Source of the DNA: Dipteris shenzhenensis
Taxonomy: Eukaryota
DNA: 64,000 bases
Strand: one strand, 5' to 3'
Assembly (NCBI GenBank): GCA_047967505.1
Contig: CM106538.1
Position numbers and translations under genes: made by a program
Shown here: one piece after another, positions 53,963 through 64,000 of the stretch
Numbering within the stretch: the first letter of the stretch is position 1
How the letters are laid out: every line of letters starts with the position of its first letter
Notes under the pieces: generated by a model
Databases searched by the model: none
What the model was told of the DNA's origin: nothing
Seen by the model: the letters and a program-made list of their open reading frames with translations, nothing else

Positions 53963-55977
53963 CTCCCTCTTTGCATATGCATCTCTCTCTATCACTATTT
54001 TTATTTACATGGATCTCTTTCTTGGTTGTTCATATTATATGCATGATGTTTTTGCACAGCAAGGTGGAAGGCAAGAAAGGTGGATTATCGATGACCCAAA
54101 AAAAAATCATTCACAATAATAGTTGACATAGAAGGCTAGGATCCAAAGTTGTTAAAGGAAAGTGATGTCTCAGAATCCGAATGGTTGCTGTTCAATCACA
54201 CAAAAGAAAACTGAGTCTTTGGATTAAGTACAATGATGTTCAGGTAGTGCTTTTTGAGGACGTGATGATTTTTTACCAAAAGCTATACCCAAAGCACCCT
54301 ACCAACACCACTGGAGGATGGCAGTTACATGGTAAGCTAAACAGTCGTTCATTTTGAACTCCATGTCAATGATGATCAAGTTTATTTTGTGGTGGTTATG
54401 GATTTCCATGGCAAGCTAGGTGGACAAACCTCCAGATTGATGTGGTCAACAATGATGACAATAAATCTGCTTCCTTCACATGGACGAATTAGATAGCCGC
54501 TCGCAAGCACCTCTCCCCTCATGAAGGATGGAAGCGGGGGAGTTGTAGGCACACCATGTAAGGCGTTCAAAGATCATTCACAAATCTACGAGAGGGTGCA
54601 TCAGAGAGACAACAATGAGCACTTGTGTTGATAGAAGATGTGCTTTTACAACATTGAGGGCTGCACCAACTTTCTCATTGCTCATCTTCTTAAGATTTGC
54701 TTCCTCCATTGTCTTTTGTGCAATCACAAGTGCATTCTTTGCAATGTCTTTTCTTTTTTCTATGTCTTCAATTAATTCTTATATCTTTAGGCCTCACCTT
54801 GTGGCACAAAAACTACCCTCAAATTGCGAGTGTTTTCTACTTTTGTTGACTGAGGAGTTTTTCCAATTTGGAGGTGCCCCCATGTTGTCCTCTTGGGTAT
54901 CACCTAGGTTGCCATTGTTTAGTTTCCGACACATATAATGGCTTTCAATTGAGAGTGATTATGAGGGAATTTTCTTCAAGGAATAATTTTTAACATTTTT
55001 TAAGGTAATAATAGGGGTACAAAGGGATGTCCTATGAATAAGAAAATTTATGTTATGTAAAAGTGAATGAGTGACTAGTTTGTATATTTTTATGATAAAG
55101 AGATCTAGTTCTAGTGAAAATAAAAGTGTAGAAACCATGTTTCCTAAAGAAATACAATTTTTAAATCTCTTGAAAAACATGCTCGGATAAACCTACTCAT
55201 AGGTTTTTGCTCACAAAATTGATGCATCCCCCCTGCCTTCCTTCCTTGCTCCCTCACCTCCCTTTCCTACTGTCCACCTATCTTCCTGCCTCTCAGTCTC
55301 CATTCCTAGTCCCCCGCCTCAATTCCATGCTCCCCTACCTCCCTTCCCTACTCCCTACCTCGCTTTCCCGGTCCACCTCCTCCCCTTGGCCATTTTGCTC
55401 CAAGGAAGTCCCCCCCCCCAGCCTTTTTAGTCTAAGAAGCCTTGTTGTTTGCAGCCCCTACAGATATGATGGGTAGGAAGGGCACTGAGCCCTTCTCCCC
55501 CTCATGACTCAAGGAAGAAAAGAGTACAAAAAAAGAGCAAAAGAACATGGCAAAAGAAGAGGAGGAGAAAAGGAGGACAAGTTAAAAGACTATAGCATCT
55601 AAAATAGTCGCAAACAGGACAACAAGAGGTAGATGACATCAACCACTACAAACAACTACATTAGCAGCTAAAATAGCACCAATAGGACAACAAGAGGTAT
55701 ATTATAGATTTATTAGCTTATATACACAACTACATTAGCATCAGCCCTAGATTTAGTGCCAGCATCATCCTTGGTATTATCATCTGCACCAATATCTCCT
55801 CAATCTACATACCTAATCCTCCACAAAATTTTACTTTCCCCCTTAAATTTCAATCTTAAAATTTCGTTTGTAGCTATAATTTTCTAAAAAGTGTTTAAAT
55901 TGTCCAATTAAAAAACCCCTTCTTTTAAATGCATGTGCTATCTTGCATATTCCATAGTGAGCCCTTGTGCTCTCTCA

Positions 55978-56013
<36 letters not shown>

Positions 56014-56239
56014 CCCCCCCCTCGCCACCCCTCAAAAGGACCAAGAGGATATGAGAGAAAGGCCTATTAGCTCGTAAATTATACATATATGTAGATGAAT
56101 CCATAAGCATGCACAAGTTTATCTAAAAACAATGCTAATGGGGTAGTTTCAACCTCACAAAAACAATCACAAGAGGATACAAAGAGAAAGTTCTATTAGC
56201 CCATAAATGTTTATATATATATATATATATAAAACACTA

Positions 56240-56536
56240 AATGAATGCAAAGACATGCCCAAGTTCATGTGAAAACAACATGAACTGTGTAACCTCACAC
56301 CACATAAAAAGTTGGAAATGGCACATAAACTCATTATGCACAACAAGGACTAGGTGCTATCATCATGGGGTGATAATTGTGACTCCTGAGTGTAGAACAA
56401 TGTGTAAAGATATACCTCATGCATGCACATGCGTACATATCCACATGCATGTGCATCCATATACATAAAGATCTTTATACTCATCAATCCTTGTCAAAAG
56501 TCAAGAGATGGAGGGCAAACATAGACATGACAAAGG
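56240..56536 (+). repeat. ~300-bp dispersed repeat, copy 1
   Basis: Colinear with 60516-60827 (AATGAATGCAAA...CATAGACATGACAAAGG). Confidence 0.85.
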
Positions 56537-59529
56537 GTAGCACTTAAGGCTCTCTCTCTCTCCACACACACACACATTTTCTATACTTTGCAAACACACG
56601 CATTGGAACCCATACCCCCACCCTCTCTCCTCACCTATGAATTACACAAAATTAACCCCACACCTAAAAGATTCCTTTTAATACTATTAACCTTTTTAAT
56701 ACACCCCCTCCCTTTCTTTTTTTACCTCCATCCTTAGTTGAATTAACTTGTGATACTCCTTTTAAGAACCTTAATTTCCCCTCTTTAGATCTTTAAGTAC
56801 TTATTTAGAACTTTAATACTTTAATCATATGGTACACTTCATTACATAATTTTGTTTGGGATTTGCGAACTTGGTTTTGGTAAAAAATTATATAGTGAGT
56901 AGCTTCCTTATTTGTTTTCTATAGTCTTCTCCATTTGGTAAGTGATGGCTTACTTTTTTAATTTACTGTGTTTATTTACCCCCCCTTTTTTTTGAATTGA
57001 CTTAACCTTTACTCTATTTTGGCTACTCTATATCCCCCTCACCTTAACCCTTTATTTCATCCTACTCTATGTTTCCCTCATTTTCTTTACTAACTATTCT
57101 TATCCCTATTTCCTACTTCTACGGTCCCCTAGCTCTCTTTTTCCCTGCTAACCATTCTTACCCCTAACTTGTGCAACCTTACCTGGGCTCTCCACCTAAC
57201 CTCTCTGACACCTAAACCCCGCGACCTTTACCCCTTCCTTTAGCTACATGGCGTTATTATGTGCATGCAAATAGCAATCAGGCCACTTACCTAACAACCC
57301 TCTCACTTTTTTGCCCACGACCTTGTAACTACCAGTGCCATCACCCTTGTCTTTATTTATGCTTTTCTCCCTTGAAGATTCACGACTTGGCTGCCTTAGC
57401 CTTACTTTCCTCTGCTGTACTCCTACTCACCTCAGTTGTCACGACCTTCTCTTATTGCTCCCCACTCTGCTCTCCACTGATCTTTCGTTGAGTGATTGCT
57501 GCTCCACAAGCTTCTTCTCCACAAGCGAAAAATAGGACTACGCTTCTTCTCATGGTTTGCTCTTGTCTCCCATCTGGCTACTCCCTGGCCATATGCACTT
57601 GACTACTCTGTTGATGCTCATACTATAGGTAGACGGCTAGCATGATGGCTAAATAAATTATGATAACCGGATCCTTACGGTGACAAGCCTCTCTTCTTGC
57701 TTGTCTTGCACAGCTCCTTCTTGGTGCTAAACTTCCTCTCTATTGTAACGCCTTCATAGTATCTCTGCTTGCTCTTCGCCTTTTCACTCACTGCTCTTCG
57801 CCTTACGTAAGATTTTCCTTCTTACACTTATGGTTGCTTACACTGTTTCTCGACTTGCCAGCTCTTCGCCTTGCTTCCCTCTTGCTTAGTTTGCCTAACG
57901 ATGGAGTTTCTAAGTGAACTAGGTTGTGCTTATAGCCATTGATCATGCCTTGCCTTTCTTTGCTCGCTTATCATTGCTAGCTCCTTGTAGTCGACAGAAT
58001 TAACATGGATGCTATTGGTTTCATGGATGCTTACCATTGTTGCATGTTATTGCTAGTGACACGTACTTGTTGGTAAATAGCCCGTAAGATTTGATGCTTT
58101 GGCCAGTCAACCTTAGAGTTGACTGACCCTTTTATAACTAGTTTCTTTTTTTCTCTGTGGAGGCAATCTCCTACTAGACGTGCTTTTAGCCACTCTTCCA
58201 TTCACTGTTCCTATATATATATATAGTTGTTACTTTTATATATAGATAGATAAGTATTGTTGTTTCCTTGGTAACCCTTTATCTCCAGATTGTTCATTTT
58301 TATCATTAGCTCTATTGTCTATTGGGTGTCACTTTGTGTTTTTCTTTCATTATAGTTCATTGCTTTTAGGACTGCATTGTGTTTTAATTTTTCCTTCTCC
58401 AACGGTTAAAACTTAATGTAACTTAAAATGCAACTTAATTATTATTGCTTTATTTAATTACTTAAGGTCCCTTAATAACTAGGCTTATTTAAATGCCTTA
58501 CTTAATTGATCCTTTATCCAATTAACTTTTTTTGTTCTACTAATTTCTCTTTCTATTTATCTATCCTTCTAGTTATTTGTATCTCTAATTTGTATGCTTT
58601 AAAGAATTTTCTTAGGCAAAATTTATTTTTTGTTAAAAGACTTTCGTGTCCTTCAGATAATGTGCTTAGAGCTTTTCTTGATTCATTCAACTATGTATAT
58701 TTTCCTTTATTAAGTCAATTACTCTATTCTAAGTTTTTATTCTTTTTCCTTACTTAGGATTACTGTTAATGCAGTTGCTTTAATTGGTCTTTGCTCACGC
58801 TTAGGAGTTGATTCAATTATTCCTTTTAATTTCTAGCAATTGAATTATTTTCTAAAATACATTCATGTAATTATTAACTTATAATTACTTTAGTTCCAAT
58901 AATATTACTATTCCTAATTGTAACATATGATGGCTATCACCTTGTCAATTTTCATGATACAACTTGCTTAAGTAATCTATAAGCTATCTCAGTAATGTTT
59001 TTTTAGTCTTAAAAATCTCTCTTGTGTAGGAGGATTTAGCTTTCGGCTAGCATGATTAGGAATTTTTGATACCTCATAGGCTTTTGATAGTAAGGCAATT
59101 AAAGCCTTTAATCCCTCAAAATTTTTCCAACTTGTTAAATTATTGTCCTTAATCCTAGGTGTGGCCTACCCCCCATGATTAATTATTGTATTTTATTCCT
59201 TATTTATTGATTGTAATTAAACAAATAAATTTATAATTTCTTCAAGAGTATGCAACACCCCCCTCGAGCACTAAGTCCTTCTTTCTTTATTCAAGCTATT
59301 ATTCTTTAAATTTAAGAAAATATGGGTGCGGATAAACCCCCCCGCTTTTTCAAAACTTATGTTTTCTTTGTTAGGGCATAATATTCCCCCATTTGATTGT
59401 TTTCTTGTAAGGGTGTGGAATACCGCCCTTATTATTTCACACACTTTAGTGGTGGATGATTCCCTTTTATGCTAGATTTGTGACACCAATTGTACATATG
59501 GCATGGTATTTTCAAAAAATTACTTTTGA

Positions 59530-60500
59530 ATCTTGACGGATGTCTATGTTCCTAGGTAAAGCAATAACACACCAGGGAATACAAGCATTACCCGTCTACC
59601 CAATGGAGACTATGATGTTCTAACACCTAGTTTTTCTTGGATGGTGGTAGGTAAGTGGACCTTGACCTTGGAACCTGGACAACCTGATGGATTTAACACC
59701 CTTTTCCAATCTTGTGTACCTATTTCCAATCTTGTGTTCCTATTTCAAACTCAATATGATTATAAATTCTCAAATTTGTTACAATTTTTGCAAACTCTCA
59801 ATTTCCTGCAATTCCCAACTTCGATGTCGTAAATATATGTTTGTACTTGTCTCATATATAACTTTTTATCTAATTGGTGGAATTAATTGTATGGCTCATT
59901 TATTGATGGGACTATTAAATCTAAACACACACACTTCCCCAACAATGAATTACTCTTTTATGTACCCCCCGTGAAATCTCCCCTTTGCACTCTCTTTTTA
60001 ACCATCCCACACACCAAGCATACTAATCCTCCCATACCTCCTCTAATCCCTTCTCAACCCATGCACTCATTCGCTCCTTACTCCACTTGTGACTTAAACT
60101 ATTTTTATTTATCTAACAATCCATAAGGTTGTCTATATTCCTAGGTAAAATGATAACAACCTAAGGAAAACAGGCATTACCTGTCTACCCAAACATAACT
60201 ATGATGTTCTAACACCTAATTTGTTTGGATGGTGGCAGGTAAGTGGACCTTGACCTCAAAACCTGGACTACATGAGGATTCAAAATCTTTTTTCAAATTG
60301 TGTTTGTCAAACTCAATATTATTACAAATTCTTAATTTTGGTGGAAATTTTTGCAAACTCTAGTTGTTGATGTCTCAGATAAAATTTCCTTATGTTTCCC
60401 TTTTTACTTTTTATCCAATTCATGGAATTAATTGTATGGCTCAATTATTGATGGGGCTTTTTAATCTACACACATACTTTTTTTTTTGGGTAATTCACAC
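59530..60500 (+). repeat. Two tandem ~400-bp modules related to the 34464/45540 repeat, each ending near (CA)n
   Basis: CCTAGGTAAA...CATTACCYGTCTACCCA...GATGGTGGYAGGTAAGTGGACC occurs at ~59550 and ~60140. Confidence 0.8.
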
Positions 60501-60515
60501 ACACACACACATGTA

Positions 60516-60827
60516 AATGAATGCAAAATCTTGCCCATGTTCACGTGAAAACACCGCAAACGGTGTGACCTCATGTCTCACATAAGGTTGCACATGGTAC
60601 ATAAACTACTACATTATGCATAGCAAGGACTAGGTACTATGGAATCCTCAAGAGCACATGGGGCACTGATTGTGACTCGTGAGTATAGAGTAGTGTCTAA
60701 AGATATGCCTTATGCATGCACATGCATACATATCCACATGCATGTGCATCCATATACATAAATATCTTTATACTTATTAATCCTTGCGAAAACAAGAGTT
60801 AGAGGGCAAACATAGACATGACAAAGG
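60516..60827 (+). repeat. ~300-bp dispersed repeat, copy 2
   Basis: Colinear with 56240-56536. Confidence 0.85.
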
Positions 60828-61482
60828 CCAACAATTAAGGAGAAAGCTCATCAAAAGATTAGTGAAGCTAATCTCTTGCAAAGATTGCAATTTTTATTGT
60901 AGTCTCTCTAGAAGCAAAAAAACTTTGGAGATTCTGGATATACCATTAAAAAATCTATACTTACCCTCCAAGGCTTTGGCTTAGTCGTTTGAGCACAATC
61001 TTCAAGTCACGAATTCAAATCTTGGAGGGCAGGCCTGGTGTCCTAGCTTGCGGATGGGTGTGTGTGAGTTAACCATGATTGTGGATCCTGTGCCCTCCGA
61101 GGGGTGCCCTTCGATAGAACCATGAGTGGGTGAGTGTAGTTATGTTATGTGGGACAAATTTTGCAAATGCTGCTCCACTTTCACACATGGCCATTACTAC
61201 CCTCTTAACCATTGCATCCCACATTATTTTGCCATTTGGATGGGTGGGTGGTTGCAATTGCTTGTAAGGGCAAATCTTTGAATCATATTGTTGAAAAGCT
61301 ACCCTATATCTCTCAATCTACATAGTCTCTAACACACATGCACATATGTTGGCAAACATATGACTAGCCACCAATATCCAGCCCCACCAATTAAAAGCCT
61401 TTATAGTAGCCTAAGGGGTACAGGTTATATGCTAGCCAAGTGACCTACCACATGGTTCACCCATAAGTGGAGGTATTATTGT

Positions 61483-61516
<34 letters not shown>

Positions 61517-63220
61517 GGAAGGCAATCGATGGTGCAAAATTCTGGTGAACTTGTCTGATGTCCAATCATTTTGACATAAAATTTGTCGATTAGCCTTCAA
61601 GGGAGGGAGAGGATGCTCATGAGCAACATCATGAGCATCATCGAGAAGCGAAAAAAAGAGGGGAGGTTGACGAAGGAAGGAGGAAAAGTGAGGATGCCCA
61701 TCACGATGATGATGCTGATGATGATGAATGATTTTTTACTTCATCATCGTCATCTTCATCTTCATTTTCTATCACCTTTTCTGCTCCATCGCCACCTTTT
61801 CAGCCTTCTTCTTCAACTTCACCATCTTCATTCATCTTCATCTTCATCTCCTCTGCTCTCCTCTACCTCCCTCCCCTTCCCTTTCTCCTTCTACGAATCT
61901 GCCCATTTGCCACCTTCCCAGATTTCTCTCTGCTCTCTAGCTCAACTTCTTCCTTTCCATCCTCTTCCCCCTTGGTGGCAACTCGCCCACCTCTCAACTC
62001 CCCCGCCCTCGATCTCCAACACCTTTCTTCTCCTCCTCAAGCCTTCGTCTCTCCTCTTCCTTCCGATTTAGCGATCTGGGTCCCTCAATTCCTTCACTCT
62101 TTCATCGCCAGAACCATCCCGGCCTCTTGGGTGGACTCACTTACAAAGCTTTTTCGAGTGTCGCTTCGAAAGGTGATGTCTCACTGAGTCCGCTGTGCAC
62201 CCGTTACAGCCGTATCATGACTAAGAGTTCCAGTTCAGGGACCTTCTTAGATTGTTCCAGCTATAGGCTTGTCTTAACGAAACTAGAGTTTCTTCAAGAG
62301 TATGGATTACGTCATGAAAGCGTCATCAACTAGACCTGAAGTTCCGCTTTGAACAACTTAATTGACAAGCTCAACATCTCCATAATGTGATCTGCTTTTC
62401 TTTTCTTTCCCTCAATCGCATGTAATACCACCCTTCCAGCCCGTTAAGGTGAGAGCAAGGCGGCCCCCTAGGGAGACAGAGTGAAGCAAAATTTCTGGAG
62501 ACACTTTAAAACTAATTTAGTAGCGATACGTGGCTGCCGATACACACTGAAAGGAAAATTTGTTGCTTGTCTGCTGCGCAAAACTATGTGCAAGTTGCAT
62601 CTCACATTTTAAAAACTTCTTTCCATTCATTTCATGTTTGAAAGATGGATTTAAAATGAAGTCACAAGCGTGCAGGAAATGTCTGTCCTTCTTGCATACA
62701 TGTTTACCTTTTCCTTATGTTTGACAAGGCGATTATATAGCAGGCCAGAAGCTCCTTAACAGGGTCTTGAGCAAGTGGTTAATCTGGCACAATGAGATGA
62801 CTGGAAAGGTTGGGGTTGGCACTTCATAACCATAAGGGTCTGGAGTCTTTGGAGATTAGAAGAACCAAACGACAAAGCAAAGGACTTACAGCAGCGGCAG
62901 ACAAGGCAGGGGGTGCTTTGAGATTGAAGAGAGTGCTGGATTCGTGACAGAGATATAACAGCTAGACAGTTGGACACATTTCAAGCTTTGCATTTGTTCT
63001 ACATCTTGAAAGCGGACATTTGCTGGAGCACTGGTCTAGATGTGGTTGATGGACTGAACGGCATGGCAAGCACCTGACAAGTGAGAGGATTTGAATACTT
63101 TTGACCGCATTTTGGACAAAGTGGTATCAATGGTGAGCATCAGGAAGCGGCGACATGTTGGCATACTAGGTACTGTAATACATACTGCAAGTGGTGGGCA
63201 TGCCTATTTAATTCCACGTT

Positions 63221-63274
<54 letters not shown>

Positions 63275-63399
63275 TGATTTTGATTCGATTTAATGTCCAT
63301 TGGACACCCAACAAGATCTATTTGACAGCAGTGATAACACCTCAACAAAGTGCAGTCTACAAAGAGCTTGCGTAGTGACATAATCCACATGTCATGTCC

Positions 63400-64000
63400 T
63401 AAGATTTCTTGCCAGATCCAAAACTTACCTGGTACACTGTCAGTACTCAGGTAGATCACCTGTTTGACTGGTGGTTCAAAAGAGACCTGCTTCTTTTGTT
63501 GCATACAAGTATATGCTAGCCGTGTGGTTTTGTCTCCTACTTTACTTTGCTCAAAGGCTACATACCCCCTATTTGGGATGGGGTGTGCTTCTATTGCTAT
63601 TACCACCAGTAAGGATACTATTACTGACAGTAATAAGAATAGTACCAGCAGTACTAATAATATCACTGGCAGTAATACTTCCGCCTGCGACAACTATAAA
63701 GCAAGTTCACTGGACCATTTTTACTGCTTTGGTTCGAGAGGTGATTTTCCTCTCTTATCTTAAGCCCATTTGCCCATTTCCCTTGCTTCCATAACCCTCT
63801 TGATACCTTCTTTCCGCAGTTCAATTTGTGAAAGTGTTAAGATCTTCATTAATGTGATGATTGGGGTCCCTTTGAGGCTTGCCCTCTTCATGAGGACCTC
63901 CTATCTTGCTGAGGCATGCTTAAACTTGGTCAGTGTCTTCTCCTATGTGTCATCCTTTCCCACTCTCCATGCATTCTCAATGTGGGTTTAATCCACCCCA
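63400..64000 (-). pseudogene. Possible highly decayed retroelement gag fragment
   Basis: GGL/IKPTLRMH-like segment and a decayed knuckle-like CSL*AK...HTASI; many stops. Confidence 0.25.

Noticed and set aside
61327-61334. CTCTAACA as TSD partner for the 46003 insertion
   Set aside because: Not preceded by a TIR and not followed by the continuation of the interrupted repeat.
61583-62450. Host gene exon in GC-rich low-complexity DNA
   Set aside because: Coding-like composition but no recognisable domain or consistent frame; cannot be supported.

Overview
Eukaryotic land-plant DNA. A fern or other seed-free plant is my inference from the TE repertoire; it is not proven. Most of the window is nested, largely decayed transposons around one intact host gene, a 5-exon GDSL esterase/lipase (31373-33100, minus). 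Identifiable elements are a near-complete Ty1/copia LTR element (1-6193), three further copia remnants, two CACTA/EnSpm elements (one complete, with a TGG TSD), two L1-type LINE remnants, a TRIM-like mini LTR element, a 446-bp MITE with an 8-bp TSD, a 3x604-bp tandem array and a 2-kb self-complementary hexamer satellite. The two most unusual findings are: (1) an intron-containing P-element/THAP9-like DDE transposase pseudogene with N-terminal C2H2-type fingers, whose candidate terminus (14719) is shared with the 8-bp-TSD MITE; and (2) an internally deleted Penelope-like retroelement of the Naiad/Chlamys (CxC-linker) type, sitting between microsatellites with a strong 3' hairpin. All family assignments come from reading motifs by eye; no database searches were run.
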